A stretch of 32,000 bases of DNA. It comes from Nostoc punctiforme PCC 73102. Its GTDB lineage: Bacteria > Cyanobacteriota > Cyanobacteriia > Cyanobacteriales > Nostocaceae. The translations under genes were made by a program, and so were the position numbers. The stretch's first letter is position 1, and every line of letters begins with the position of its first letter. Shown here piece after piece: positions 1 to 10,141 of this stretch. The stretch spans positions 1,170,001-1,202,000 of the forward strand of contig NC_010628.1 in the NCBI RefSeq assembly GCF_000020025.1, written 5' to 3'. The notes beneath the pieces are model-generated. The model saw nothing but the letters and a program-made list of their open reading frames with translations. It ran no database searches and was not told the DNA's origin.

Positions 1-3000
1 TTGGGCTGTAGGTATAGCATTAGCGTTAACCTGTTCTCTATTTAGATTTATGACGTTAGTGTTAGCTTCTGTTGTAGCTGCTGATTTTGCTTTAGCAGTA
101 GAGTTTCCAATAATTACCTGACCATCACTCAGCTTAATATCTCCACCAATTACAGGTTTTAGGGCTGTTCCGCGAATTACAACATCGCCGCCAACACCGC
201 CTTCATACAGTCCTGCAAGCTTAAAGTTGAGTTTGTCTGCTATTGATATTGTCAAAGGATTCGCTGCGCTTGGCTGAGGATTGAGAATTGGCAGGATGCC
301 TGATGCAGTTATTTGCCCTTCATTGTAAAGAGCTTGAATGTTCTTAACACTCACCGTACTACCATTAAATTGTGCTGTCCCTGTCACATTCGTTAGGGGT
401 TTAGATAAAGCTTGAGCGCTAATAGTTGCATTGTTAACTGTGGCGTTTCCATTAATAGTTGGTTCGTTTAAAGTACCCTGAACATTTAAGTCTACTTTTC
501 CTTGACCATCTACCCAAGTAACTTGATTATTAGTAAACAGATTTAATAGTGCCAATCCTTCATTGTTCACATCGGCGTTGATGCTGATTTGATTGCTATC
601 TGGTTGCACCTCGGCAAATGGTAACGGCGCAGGTACGCTACCTGTAATCGTAATTGGTTGTGTTCCTGTTACTAGTAAGGTACTGTCGAAATTCAAACGA
701 GCATTGTTGTAGTCAAAGTTCACCTGTCCGCTTTGTACAGGTTGCTGGTTGAGAGTCGCATTCGCCAGTGTCACATTCCCTTGCGCTCTGGGATCTTGTA
801 AACTACCTCCTAATGTGGCATCAGCATTTACATTACCAGTGATATCTATGGGATATCTTTCGATAAAAGGTTGTAAAAGTGATAAAGGTAAGCTTGCTAC
901 ATTCAACTTTCCAGATAGTTGCTCAGTTCCTAACTGTCCCAAAAATGCCACCAGTCCTTGATTGATTCCAATACTCAAGGGCGAAAGTGTGACTATTCCA
1001 TCGGCAAAATTGCCTTGAACAACGACTTGATTAATGGAGTATTCCCCCCATTTCCAGTTAGCACCTTGGAAATTAAAGCCGACATTCAACCCAGATTTTA
1101 ATGAGCCATTAGCTATAATTCCTCCACTCAAAGCACCCGTTAATTCTGCAAGGGTGGGCAAAGATAAGTCTCTTTTTGCCTCTACTTGCTGTTGTTGTGT
1201 TATCGATGTTGCAATTTTTGAAAAATATGCAAGCTGGGTGAGCAAATCTGCATTGGGCAAACTGATAGGCTTGGTATCAAGTACCTCTGCTCCAGCTAAG
1301 GTTGGAGGCTGCAACCCGCTACCAAAGTCTTGAAAGTCGAAGATATTAAATGCTTGTAAAATTCTCTCAATTCTGGCTTGGTCTAAGTTAGCTTGGAGTT
1401 GAAATTGCGGGTCATTCCCTGTTTTCACATTTCCACTTAAAGCGATGTTGCTATCTCCAATCCGCAATAGACCATTAGCCAAGCTAGCAGTGCCATCAGC
1501 ATAATTAATGCTGCCGCGAAATTCATCTGCTGCAACTCTGGCAACACGAGGCCCTGCGATCGCAACGTCTCCCACAACTGCATAATTATTAAGATTGACA
1601 ACTAAATTTCCTGATAATTGCCCCGCCAGAGGTTTCAATTGATTGTTAGGTAAAAAGCCCCCAATCAAAGCTATGGGAAACTGTTGAGCGTTGATGAGCA
1701 AGTTATCTCCCTCAGTTCTACCTGTAGTAACTGTCTCATCCCGCTTGACTAAAAATGAAGTTGGACGATAATCTGCACCCAGGTTAAGCGCAATCCTGTC
1801 TTGCTTCCCGGCTAATCGCAGACTTGCTCCTTGTCCTCCCTGAAAATTCACGTTTCCAGTTAAAAGTGGGTCAAAGGCTAAATTACTAACCTGGAAATTC
1901 CGCAGTCGGATGTTGCCATTAGCTTGCGGAACATCTGGAGTACCTGTAACTTTTCCATTAAAATCAAGTACCCCCGCTAACGCTACGTCTCCAGGAACTT
2001 GAAAACCAGTATTTTTTAAGTTGAAGTTCTGTGCCAGTACGTTTAAATCAAATCCCGCAATTTTAGGTGCGCCTGTTGGTGGAGACTGAATTGCGATCGC
2101 ACCATTAGCACTCAATCCTGGGGTACTTGCGTTTTCAACTATAATCTGCTGTCCATTCCACTGAAATTGAGCGGTGAGCGGTTTTGCCAGCAGTGCTACC
2201 CCCTGGGAAAGGCGGATTTGCCCGGCAGCGCGAATATCTGCAAGCTGGAAAGATTTTGTTGTGCCTGCTAACTGAATATTGCTATTGAGCCGTCCTCGCA
2301 GTTGTGGTGAGAAACGGTTGAGTTGAATTTGAGAAGTTTTGACAACTCCTTGCCAGCGTTGTTGTGCAAGTTGACCTTGAGCCACAATTGTCCCACCTGC
2401 CACGTTCAACACCGCACCTGGTAAAAGGATATTCTCTCCCTGTTTAGCAACAACAACCCTTGCGTTAGTGGGATAGGTCGCTGTAGGCGCTTGCACCTGT
2501 GCTACTGCTTGCAGGTTGCTCAGAGTGCCGGAGATATTGGCATTTGCCGATACATTCCCAATGGTAATGCCAGGTGATGATTTGTATGCTTTTGCGATCG
2601 CATCTCCTGGTAAATTTTGGGCTTGGACATTCAACGCCACCCTACCTTGAGGTGCAAGCTGAAGTTGACCGCTAGCTATTACTTGCCCTCCCACCTCTGG
2701 ATTTGCTTGAACGCGAGCAACATTGACGTTTAAGGGTTTATCCAGAGAACCAGAAACTTTAGCATTCGCAGATATACCACCAAGATTCAGCGGAGTTGAA
2801 ATATTGTAACCTTGAGCGATCGCGTTTCCTGGTAAACCTTGAGCTTGAATACCTATATCTACTTGACCTTGGGGAGCTAGTTGAATTTGACCACTGGCTG
2901 TAATTTGCCCCCCTGTTGGCGGCGTTACCTGAACACTAGAAATATCAAGGTTCAACGGCTGTTTACCAAGTGAGCCAGAGACTTCTGCTTTTGCCGAGAC

Positions 3001-4413
3001 ATTTCCAACTGCGATCGGTAAATTAACATCATAGCCACGTGCTAATATATCCCCGGATACACCATCAACTTGAGCATTAAATATTACGTCTTTTTTGCCT
3101 CCTAAATTAGCTTCACCGCCTCCTGTAATTTGACCACCAGCTGCGGGGACTATTTTCAAATTGGAGACAGCAAGTTGAGATGCCGTTTGAGAAGCATTCA
3201 AGCGGAAATCAGTATTGAAAGTGTTGAAGAGAATGCGGTCAACTTGAATAGGTTTTGTGTTGCTTACCGTACCGCTAACGATTGGTTTTTGAAGTGCGCC
3301 TAACACCTTAATATTTGCTTGAACTTCGCCACTAGCTGGAACTGACGAATTTACATTCAATGTATCTAAGATATTTTTAGCACTAACTGGTTTTATCTGA
3401 GCAGAGACATTAAAACCAGTTTGAGTATTAATTGTTCCATTAGCTAGAATCGGAACTTTACCAAAGTTCGTATTCAAATTTTCTAAAGCAACTGTCTGAC
3501 CTTGAAATGAAAATCTTCCATTAAAATTAGAAATTTGCTGAGGAATATTTTTAATTTTGGCAGTGATTTGATTAGCAGTAGCCGTGCCTGTAATTGCTAT
3601 GTCTGACAGTTTGGGTGGAATCTGAACTGCTAAGTCAGTATTTAAATACCCTGCTTGCAAGGCAATTGGTAACTCAATTAATCGACTTATATCAGATGCT
3701 TGTAAATTTTGTGTTGAAAGGTTGAGGCTAGTTGTTTGAGCTTTTAGTTGGGTTTCCCCAGTGATTTTTACTCCGCCTCCCCTGTTGAGTTGACCATTGA
3801 TGTCATAACCAATTCTTTGATTTTGATCGAAAAATCGGGCAACACCACCAACTTGATTTAATATTACTGAACCTTTCGGTCTAGTTGGTGCGGCGAACGG
3901 CATCAACTCCACATTTCCATCTTGAATCTGAAGTGTTTGCAATTCGGTTTGAATAGCACCTTTTCCTTCTCCAGCCTTAACTTGGGCTGTAACCCAACGG
4001 CCATCTCGATCCTGTTGGATGTAGACACTGGGTTGAACTAAGGTTACATTTAATACTAGTTTTCGATTTAGGAGAACTTGCAAGGGCGAAAACTGCACAT
4101 CCAAAGCTTTTGCTACCACCTGGTCTACATCGGTGGTAGTTGCTGGTATGGATAAAGAGCTAAATCTCAAACTAGAGAGCGAAAAACGTTCAACTTTACC
4201 TACTTTTACTGGTCGCCCAAGTAATTGTTCGAGATTTTGCTGCACTAATGGCGCTAAATCCTTATATACATAGCTTCTAGCCCACCAAGCACCGACTGCA
4301 ATTCCAACCAGCAAAATGACACCGAGAGCCAAACTGGTACGTCCTAAAAGGAGGAGCCATAAACGAGGATTAGATGGTTCCTGATTATTTTTTGAATTTG
4401 GAGAGCGCGTCAT
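1..4413 (-). CDS. tamB: TamB-like translocation/assembly-module protein (AsmA/TamB, DUF490 family); first 1471 codons, C-terminal part lies beyond the left window edge
   Basis: ATG at 4413 (minus) opens a frame readable by hand to position 1 (4413 nt = 1471 codons). It is missing from the ORF track only because no stop lies in the window, and no other minus-strand ORF is listed there. N-terminus MTRSPNSKNNQEPSNPRLWLLLLGRTSLALGVILLVGIAVGAWWARSYVYKDLAPLVQQNLEQLLGRPVKVGKVERFSLSSLRF is a short tail, one TM anchor and a TamB-type N-terminal block. More than 1300 aa of G/N/Q/V/T-rich beta-strand repeats follow. Confidence 0.8.
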   Translation of the reverse strand, partial: MTRSPNSKNNQEPSNPRLWLLLLGRTSLALGVILLVGIAVGAWWARSYVYKDLAPLVQQNLEQLLGRPVKVGKVERFSLSSLRFSSLSIPATTTDVDQVVAKALDVQFSPLQVLLNRKLVLNVTLVQPSVYIQQDRDGRWVTAQVKAGEGKGAIQTELQTLQIQDGNVELMPFAAPTRPKGSVILNQVGGVARFFDQNQRIGYDINGQLNRGGGVKITGETQLKAQTTSLNLSTQNLQASDISRLIELPIALQAGYLNTDLAVQIPPKLSDIAITGTATANQITAKIKNIPQQISNFNGRFSFQGQTVALENLNTNFGKVPILANGTINTQTGFNVSAQIKPVSAKNILDTLNVNSSVPASGEVQANIKVLGALQKPIVSGTVSNTKPIQVDRILFNTFNTDFRLNASQTASQLAVSNLKIVPAAGGQITGGGEANLGGKKDVIFNAQVDGVSGDILARGYDVNLPIAVGNVSAKAEVSGSLGKQPLNLDISSVQVTPPTGGQITASGQIQLAPQGQVDIGIQAQGLPGNAIAQGYNISTPLNLGGISANAKVSGSLDKPLNVNVARVQANPEVGGQVIASGQLQLAPQGRVALNVQAQNLPGDAIAKAYKSSPGITIGNVSANANISGTLSNLQAVAQVQAPTATYPTNARVVVAKQGENILLPGAVLNVAGGTIVAQGQLAQQRWQGVVKTSQIQLNRFSPQLRGRLNSNIQLAGTTKSFQLADIRAAGQIRLSQGVALLAKPLTAQFQWNGQQIIVENASTPGLSANGAIAIQSPPTGAPKIAGFDLNVLAQNFNLKNTGFQVPGDVALAGVLDFNGKVTGTPDVPQANGNIRLRNFQVSNLAFDPLLTGNVNFQGGQGASLRLAGKQDRIALNLGADYRPTSFLVKRDETVTTGRTEGDNLLINAQQFPIALIGGFLPNNQLKPLAGQLSGNLVVNLNNYAVVGDVAIAGPRVARVAADEFRGSINYADGTASLANGLLRIGDSNIALSGNVKTGNDPQFQLQANLDQARIERILQAFNIFDFQDFGSGLQPPTLAGAEVLDTKPISLPNADLLTQLAYFSKIATSITQQQQVEAKRDLSLPTLAELTGALSGGIIANGSLKSGLNVGFNFQGANWKWGEYSINQVVVQGNFADGIVTLSPLSIGINQGLVAFLGQLGTEQLSGKLNVASLPLSLLQPFIERYPIDITGNVNADATLGGSLQDPRAQGNVTLANATLNQQPVQSGQVNFDYNNARLNFDSTLLVTGTQPITITGSVPAPLPFAEVQPDSNQISINADVNNEGLALLNLFTNNQVTWVDGQGKVDLNVQGTLNEPTINGNATVNNATISAQALSKPLTNVTGTAQFNGSTVSVKNIQALYNEGQITASGILPILNPQPSAANPLTISIADKLNFKLAGLYEGGVGGDVVIRGTALKPVIGGDIKLSDGQVIIGNSTAKAKSAATTEANTNVINLNREQVNANAIPTAQ
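2560..3140 (-). repeat. Three tandem intragenic repeats of about 190 nt (about 63 aa) inside tamB
   Basis: Successive protein units are alike: ..NVSAKAEVSGSLGKQPLNLDISSVQVTPPTGGQITASGQIQLAPQGQVDIGIQAQGLPGNAIAQGY.. and ..ISANAKVSGSLDKPLNVNVARVQANPEVGGQVIASGQLQLAPQGRVALNVQAQNLPGDAIAKAY.., plus a more diverged third unit. DNA similarity is visible by eye (e.g. 2607-2700 vs 2833-2925). Unit boundaries are approximate. Confidence 0.55.
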
Positions 4414-5178
4414 TATCGTTACTAGTACCAGTACTTTTTTCTGGAGTGAGCCGAGAGACAGGCTAGTACCGCAAGGCAGAATTAAAAATTAAAAATAGGC
4501 ATTTCGTTGATTTGGAAAGGGTGGTTTATTTACACCGTGCTGTACTAGCCTCAGTTGTATCAGTAAGTTACAAACTATGGTTTCATAATATGAAGACTTT
4601 CGCAAGAACTTTGCGGCAAGCTACTTTTATTCTCCAGGAGAAGCTGCCCCAATGAGACGCTTTATAAATGTTTTATATTATTCCATAATCTTGCATAATT
4701 CCTGAATATATTTTGTGATAATTCCTCTATATACAACCCTGGATAGAAAATTAAAACTCTGTATAATCTAACTTAATATAGATGACAGAAAGTAATTTTA
4801 AATTTAAGAGTAATCTAGAGTTGAATGAAATTCCTGAAGCTAGATTTAGATTCTCCGTTCTTGAAGAAATCGGGAATTTGGGCAGCAATTTTACTCAATT
4901 AATACTAATTTTGTGTATAGTGATGAATTAGGCTGAATCTATTTAGAAAAATTATGGATTATAGCTTAATCATGGTGGTTTAAATAATTAGAAAAATTTA
5001 GCTTATTTTTATTTAAAAAAGACAACTTATGGTTGATTAATGCACCCAGATATAAAGGTAAAATGAGGCATCCATTTTTATTCATTAATGGGATGCGAAT
5101 GTCTACGACAAACTACATGAACGCAGTTACAAAAACCCAGATAATTTTATCCACTAATTCATCAAGTAAAAATTGAGA

Positions 5179-5213
5179 TTCCGGCGGTGCTACTACACAT
5201 CAACACGCCGGAA
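5179..5213 (-). terminator. Candidate intrinsic terminator downstream of the 66-aa gene
   Basis: Perfect 8-bp stem TTCCGGCG (5179-5186) / CGCCGGAA (5206-5213) with a 19-nt loop. On the minus strand it is followed by TCTCAATTTTTACTT. The large loop and offset T-run make it weak. Confidence 0.35.
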
Positions 5214-5325
5214 CTATATCAAGAAAAACTGCTTAGTATTAGACAGCAATAATTACTAACAAGATTATCGGCTTATCTAAAAATTTAGGAACCTGAGCTT
5301 TTAGATTACTCCATCGCCAACCCGA

Positions 5326-5526
5326 TCATTGCTCGCTTGAATCATCAATCATTTCTGGTACTAAAGCTGGGTTACTCTTGCGTTCTTCTGGCGATTGCTC
5401 CCGAATAACATCGTCGATTCTCGCAGGGTGTTTGATTTTGTCCAGTAGTTCTGGACTTAGTTGCGACGGTTCACCTTCTGGATTCGATTTTTCAGCTTGA
5501 CTAGGAACTGTTTCCTTATTCATCAC
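5326..5526 (-). CDS. Small acidic hypothetical protein (66 aa), probably disordered
   Basis: ORF-track entry. AGGAAA lies 6-11 nt upstream of the ATG (minus-strand reading AGTTTTAGGAAATAGTGATG). No recognisable domain. Confidence 0.5.
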   Translation of the reverse strand: MMNKETVPSQAEKSNPEGEPSQLSPELLDKIKHPARIDDVIREQSPEERKSNPALVPEMIDDSSEQ

Positions 5527-5770
5527 TATTTCCTAAAACTTATACGCCAAGCTTAAGTCCTTCTGTGGTGAGGCACACACTATCTTGAGACTTATTTCAC
5601 ATAGTGGTAGGTAACAAGTTCTGTTGCTACCTGGGTTACCGATTCTCTAAAACTTCATGAGTTTAGAAGCGATCGCGTGCCTTGTGTACTAAAACAAAGT
5701 CAGTTACATTAAGTCCATAGGAAAGCAGTTGACAAATAATTTGTCGCTCTACATATACATGTACACTACA

Positions 5771-5844
5771 TCGGGATGACTGGATTCGAACCAGCGGCCC
5801 CTTCGTCCCGAACGAAGTGCGCTACCAAGCTGCGCCACATCCCG
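5771..5844 (-). tRNA. tRNA-Pro (anticodon CGG), 74 nt, no encoded CCA
   Basis: Minus-strand reading CGGGATG TG GCGC AGCTTGGTA GCGC A CTTCG TTCGGGA CGAAG GGGCC GCTGG TTCGAAT CCAGT CATCCCG A. It has a 7-bp acceptor stem, a 4-bp D stem, a 5-bp anticodon stem, loop TTCGGGA (anticodon CGG, G37), a 5-nt variable loop and a T arm with the GTTCGAATC box. Confidence 0.95.
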
Positions 5845-5982
5845 CCATAAAAATGGCATTGTAAATTAAGAATATCACAACCCGTGCCAAATGACAGAAT
5901 TACATCTATATATATGATCGCTTCACTCAAGGCTTTGCTTGCTACGATTAAATTTGTATAACTCTAGTGGTAAAAGCGGATT

Positions 5983-6855
5983 GTGACTGTAAAACCAGAC
6001 TGGTTGCGGGTAAAAGCACCTGGGCGTGAGCGCATCGGTAACGTTAAAGACATTTTGCGGGATTTATCCCTCAATACAGTTTGTGAGGAAGCATCCTGTC
6101 CGAATATTGGCGAATGCTTCAATGCCGGTACTGCTACGTTTTTGATTATGGGCCCGGCTTGTACACGCGCTTGTCCCTACTGCGATATTGATTTTGAGAA
6201 AAAACCGAAACCACTAGATCCCACGGAACCTGCACGGCTAGCGGAAGCTGTTCGCCGCATGAACCTTAATCATGTAGTAATCACTTCTGTAAATCGAGAT
6301 GACTTGTTTGATGGTGGTGCATCTCAGTTTGTTGCGTGTATTGATGCGGTTCACTCTGTTTCACCTAACACCACAATAGAGGTGCTAATTCCTGACTTGT
6401 GCGGTAATTGGAATGCTTTAGAGTTGATTCTACAAGCAGCGCCAGAGGTATTAAACCACAATACCGAAACTGTTCCACGCCTGTATCGCCGGGTGCGTCC
6501 CCAAGGAAACTACGATCGCACATTAGAATTATTACAGCGAACTCGCCAACTCTCTCCTAGCACATACACCAAATCCGGGATTATGGTTGGACTCGGTGAA
6601 ACAGATGCCGAAATTCGTCAAGTCATGCAAGACTTACGAACCGTAGATTGCGACATTTTGACAATTGGGCAATATCTCCAACCCAGTCAAAAACATTTAC
6701 AAGTAAATGAATTTATCAATCCAGAACAATTTGTTGCTTGGAAGACATTCGGCGAAGAAATCGGATTTTTACAAATTGTTTCTTCTGCATTGACAAGAAG
6801 TTCATATCATGCGGAACAAGTCAGGGAATTAATGGAACGTTATCCCCGGAGCTAA
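5983..6855 (+). CDS. lipA: Lipoyl synthase (radical SAM)
   Basis: 290 aa, GTG start. Contains both LipA cysteine motifs: [12 protein letters not shown] (auxiliary cluster) and CTRACPYCD (radical-SAM CxxxCxxC). The N-terminal [10 protein letters not shown] block is typical. Confidence 0.95.
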   Translation: MTVKPDWLRVKAPGRERIGNVKDILRDLSLNTVCEEASCPNIGECFNAGTATFLIMGPACTRACPYCDIDFEKKPKPLDPTEPARLAEAVRRMNLNHVVITSVNRDDLFDGGASQFVACIDAVHSVSPNTTIEVLIPDLCGNWNALELILQAAPEVLNHNTETVPRLYRRVRPQGNYDRTLELLQRTRQLSPSTYTKSGIMVGLGETDAEIRQVMQDLRTVDCDILTIGQYLQPSQKHLQVNEFINPEQFVAWKTFGEEIGFLQIVSSALTRSSYHAEQVRELMERYPRS

Positions 6856-6922
6856 TTTTAGATTTTAGATTTTAGATTGCTAAGAGAATAGGGTGATTGG
6901 GTGATGGGGAGAATGGTGATTA
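6855..6922. repeat. Intergenic tandem heptamers (ATTTTAG x3, then GGTGATT/GGGTGAT-like units)
   Basis: attttagattttagattttagatt at 6855-6878, then gggtgattgggtgatggggagaatggtgatt up to the gpsA start. This is STRR-style 7-nt periodicity. Confidence 0.7.
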
Positions 6923-7852
6923 ATGACTAATTCAAAATCTGTAGCAATTCTTGGTGCGGGTGCTTGGGGTGCATCTCTGGCAAATCTCGCCGCAGCGAAT
7001 GGTCATCAGGTGCGCGTGTGGTCGCGTCAAGGTTCCCAAACTCTCCAAACAGTGTTAGAAGATGCCCAAATAATCCTATCCGCTATCTCAATGATTGGTG
7101 TGAGAGATGTTGCTTCCCAAATCCAGTCTTTCTCCCTTTCTCCAGAGACGATTTTTGTGACGGCGACCAAAGGCTTGGATCCCCAAACCACTTGCACGCC
7201 GTCGCAAATTTGGCAAACAGTATTCGCTAACCATGCAGTGGTTGTTTTGTCTGGGCCTAATTTATCTAAAGAAATTCAACTAGAGTTACCAGCAGCAACA
7301 GTGGTAGCCAGTAATATTCCCACAGCTGCGGAAGTAGTGCAGTTAGTATTTTCTTCTCATCGTTTCCGGGTATATACCAATCCCGACCCCTTGGGGGTGG
7401 AACTAGGGGGAACGCTAAAAAATGTGATTGCGATCGCAGCTGGTGTGTGCGATGGTTTACATCTAGGAACCAATGCCAAAGCTGCTTTAGTCACCCGTGG
7501 ACTTACAGAAATGGTTCGCATCGGTAACGACTGGGGTGCAAAGACGGAAACATTTTATGGATTATCGGGTCTTGGAGACTTGTTAGCAACCTGCAATAGT
7601 CCCTTAAGCCGCAATTACCAAGTCGGCTACCAGCTAGCTGGTGGTAAGACACTTAAAGAAACTCTTGCAAATTTACAAGGAACAGCCGAAGGAGTGAACA
7701 CTTGCCAGGTTTTGATGCAACGAGCCAAGCAACAAAACATTCCAGTTCCAATTACTGAGCAAGTTTATCGATTACTTCAAGGAGAAGTCACACCCCGACA
7801 AGCGCTTGATGAACTGATGCTGCGAGATATAAAGCCAGAGTACAACTACTAG
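6923..7852 (+). CDS. gpsA: NAD(P)H-dependent glycerol-3-phosphate dehydrogenase
   Basis: 309 aa. N-terminal Rossmann motif ILGAGAWGASLA, the GpsA blocks GPNLSKE and LKNVIAIAAGVCDGL, and C-terminal AEGVNT. Confidence 0.93.
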   Translation: MTNSKSVAILGAGAWGASLANLAAANGHQVRVWSRQGSQTLQTVLEDAQIILSAISMIGVRDVASQIQSFSLSPETIFVTATKGLDPQTTCTPSQIWQTVFANHAVVVLSGPNLSKEIQLELPAATVVASNIPTAAEVVQLVFSSHRFRVYTNPDPLGVELGGTLKNVIAIAAGVCDGLHLGTNAKAALVTRGLTEMVRIGNDWGAKTETFYGLSGLGDLLATCNSPLSRNYQVGYQLAGGKTLKETLANLQGTAEGVNTCQVLMQRAKQQNIPVPITEQVYRLLQGEVTPRQALDELMLRDIKPEYNY

Positions 7853-7860
7853 AGCATACC

Positions 7861-7896
7861 CATGCTGTAGCAGGTATGAATTGCCCCTACAGCATG
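7861..7896 (+). terminator. Hairpin just 3' of gpsA (candidate intrinsic terminator built on a dispersed repeat)
   Basis: Perfect 10-bp stem CATGCTGTAG (7861-7870) / CTACAGCATG (7887-7896), with TTTT 7 nt downstream. The loop carries TGAATTGCCCCTACA, which recurs at 26274-26290. Confidence 0.55.
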
Positions 7897-8469
7897 AGTA
7901 TGGTTTTGCGTAAATCATATTCAAGTTGAAATTGACGGGTTAGCAAGACACGGAGAGAGTATTTAATAACTTTCCTACGTTTTCTATCTCCGTATCGATA
8001 GAATTTTTGCCGTTAATACTAATCACTTCCCCGATATCTATTAGTCCTACTTATACCTGAATAATCCTGAGAAAAAATTGCTAAATCGTCAGGATATTAC
8101 TTTTGTAGCCATGTAAATGTGACTATGCCAATTATAAAGATGACATTCACTGAAGGATATTTATACTGTGTTACAAAAGTTACTATCACAACCCACTAAG
8201 GTTGAAATGTTAACTAAGTAGTTGAAATATTGAAAGCCTAGCTGCCGATTTAAATAGCTATTGGTTAAATCAAAAATTTAGCAGCCGATTAAGTCCAGTA
8301 ATACTGTATCCAATAAAACCATTACAGTTAATTTCTAAAAAAATTGTAATGGAATCTTCAACTATGTTAGTTCATCGTTAATCGCGGGAACAATAGCAAC
8401 AGTTGAATAGCTGACCGTAATCTAAGCTGACCGAAATCTATTGTTACCTGGAGCCATTGAGACGATCTT

Positions 8470-9720
8470 ATGCCAGCAACATCTTTTTATGCAGATGCCC
8501 CCTACAACACCAAAAAGTCCCGCCAGGCTTTGGACTCGGATCTCACGGTTGATGAAAGCGAGTTATCGGTAGATGATTTGCAGGAGCTAGAGATCGCTTC
8601 TGTTGACAATGCTAACTTTGCTGCTAGCACTAACCGCCGGAGTACAGACCTGGTACGCCTATACCTCCAAGAAATTGGTCGGGTTCGCTTGTTGGGGCGC
8701 GATGAAGAGGTTTCAGAAGCTCAAAAAGTCCAGCGTTACTTGCGGATGCGGATAGTACTTGCTAACGCCGCAAAGCTTGGAGATGAAGTGATTATACCCT
8801 ATCTAAGGTTAGTTGAAGTTCAAGAACGTCTAACCTCGGAACTAGGACATCGCCCATCTTTGGAAAGATGGGCTGCTACTGCTGATATAGTTTTATCCGA
8901 TCTTAGGCCAACTTTGGCAAATGGCAAACGTCGCTGGGCAGAAATTGCTAAGTTGACAGTAGAAGAGTTGGAGCAAGTTCAGTCCCAAGGACTCCAAGCA
9001 AAAGAACACATGATTAAGGCGAATCTTCGCTTAGTTGTGTCTGTTGCTAAGAAATATCAAAATCGTGGTTTGGAATTGTTGGATTTAGTCCAAGAAGGCA
9101 CACTAGGTTTGGAGCGGGCTGTAGAAAAATTTGACCCCACTAAGGGTTATCGCTTCAGTACTTATGCTTACTGGTGGATTCGTCAGGGAATTACACGGGC
9201 GATCGCAACTTCTAGTCGCACTATCCGCCTCCCTGTCCATATTACCGAAAAGTTAAATAAAATCAAAAAGGCTCAACGCAAAATTGCTCAAGAAAAAGGT
9301 CGCACCCCAACTCTAGAAGATTTAGCAACTGAGTTAGAGATGACACCGACCCAAGTTCGAGAAGTTTTGTTACGGGTTCCTCGCTCTGTTTCTTTGGAAA
9401 CCAAAGTAGGCAAAGATAAAGACACTGAGTTAGGCGAATTACTAGAAACTGACTGTGTGACCCCAGAAGAAATGTTAATGCGAGAATCTTTACAAAGAGA
9501 CTTGCATCATCTTCTCTCAGATTTAACTAGCCGGGAACGCGATGTAATTTTGATGCGGTTTGGTTTGGCAGATGGTCATCCTTATTCCTTAGCAGAAATT
9601 GGCCGCGCTCTCGACTTATCCCGCGAACGAGTTCGGCAAATAGAATCCAAGGCTTTGCAAAAGCTACGCCAACCTAAGCGTCGCAACCTGATCCGCGATT
9701 ATTTGGAATCTCTTAGTTAA
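8470..9720 (+). CDS. sigC: Group 2 sigma-70 family RNA polymerase sigma factor
   Basis: 416 aa. Region 2 (DLVQEGTLGLERAVEKFDPTKGYRFSTYAYWWIRQGITRAI), region 3, and the region 4.2 HTH (YSLAEIGRALDLSRERVRQIESKALQKLR). The symbol comes from synteny with furA and the alr1690-like gene, as in Anabaena PCC 7120 (all1692 = sigC). Family call is firm; the symbol is less certain. Confidence 0.85.
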   Translation: MPATSFYADAPYNTKKSRQALDSDLTVDESELSVDDLQELEIASVDNANFAASTNRRSTDLVRLYLQEIGRVRLLGRDEEVSEAQKVQRYLRMRIVLANAAKLGDEVIIPYLRLVEVQERLTSELGHRPSLERWAATADIVLSDLRPTLANGKRRWAEIAKLTVEELEQVQSQGLQAKEHMIKANLRLVVSVAKKYQNRGLELLDLVQEGTLGLERAVEKFDPTKGYRFSTYAYWWIRQGITRAIATSSRTIRLPVHITEKLNKIKKAQRKIAQEKGRTPTLEDLATELEMTPTQVREVLLRVPRSVSLETKVGKDKDTELGELLETDCVTPEEMLMRESLQRDLHHLLSDLTSRERDVILMRFGLADGHPYSLAEIGRALDLSRERVRQIESKALQKLRQPKRRNLIRDYLESLS

Positions 9721-9732
9721 TCAATGATCGAG

Positions 9733-9785
9733 AGTCATTTGTCATTAGTCATTTGTCATTAGAAAACTACACTTGACAAATGACT
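9733..9785 (+). repeat. Tandem 14-mer (AGTCATTTGTCATT x2) plus inverted copy, forming a 12-bp hairpin 3' of sigC
   Basis: agtcatttgtcatt agtcatttgtcatt at 9733-9760. AGTCATTTGTCA (9747-9758) pairs perfectly with TGACAAATGACT (9774-9785). No T-run follows, so terminator function is uncertain. Confidence 0.6.
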
Positions 9786-9974
9786 AGGGACAAAGGACTG
9801 ATTTGATCTCAGATTGAAAGCCTTTTAGAGGCTTATAGCAAGTAATTTGCATTTAATTGTATAAGAGTTCCCCCAGAGCTTTGCTCAGATATCTTGAAGG
9901 TGGGGATAGGTTAAACAATTCAAAAAAAATTTAAAGTCAAGGGATGCAATCGTTACAAGTATCCTAACTATTAA

Positions 9975-10000
9975 CTGTATGCAAATTAAATGCAATACAG
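9975..10000. promoter_or_regulatory. AT-rich imperfect palindrome upstream of furA (candidate Fur/other operator)
   Basis: CTGTATGCAAATTAAATGCAATACAG has CTGTAT/ATACAG arms and an inner GCA/TGC. It lies 142 nt upstream of the furA ATG. AATTAAATGCAA also occurs inverted at about 9848-9860. A TATATT -10-like hexamer sits at 10104-10109. No strong match to the classical 19-bp Fur box was seen. Confidence 0.25.
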
Positions 10001-10141
10001 TTTATTATTTGAATTTTGATCGAGATTTAATGAATTGTTCTTAAATATTTAGCATAAATTCTCAATAGGCAATGATTGTTGCAAATTGCTCCCAAGATTT
10101 GTTATATTCTCAACTAACAAGCTTTGTTGAGAAATATTAGT

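Noticed and set aside
749-1333. Plus-strand ORFs 749-961 and 1034-1333
   Set aside because: They lie entirely antisense to the long uninterrupted tamB-like frame. The products are low-complexity with no start context. These are shadow ORFs.
6964-7230. 88-aa ORF overlapping gpsA in another frame
   Set aside because: The gpsA frame carries all the family motifs. The overlapping frame is Arg/Ser/Cys-rich noise.
8170-8183. NtcA-like site GTT-N8-TAC upstream of sigC
   Set aside because: It has one mismatch to GTA-N8-TAC, and I found no properly spaced TAN3T -10 hexamer about 22 nt downstream. It is too weak to call.
10124-10141. TTG-initiated N-terminal extension of furA (MLRNIS..)
   Set aside because: The ATG at 10142 gives MTVYTTTSLK.. 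and 151 aa, matching the size I recall for Anabaena FurA. The extension has no supporting signal.
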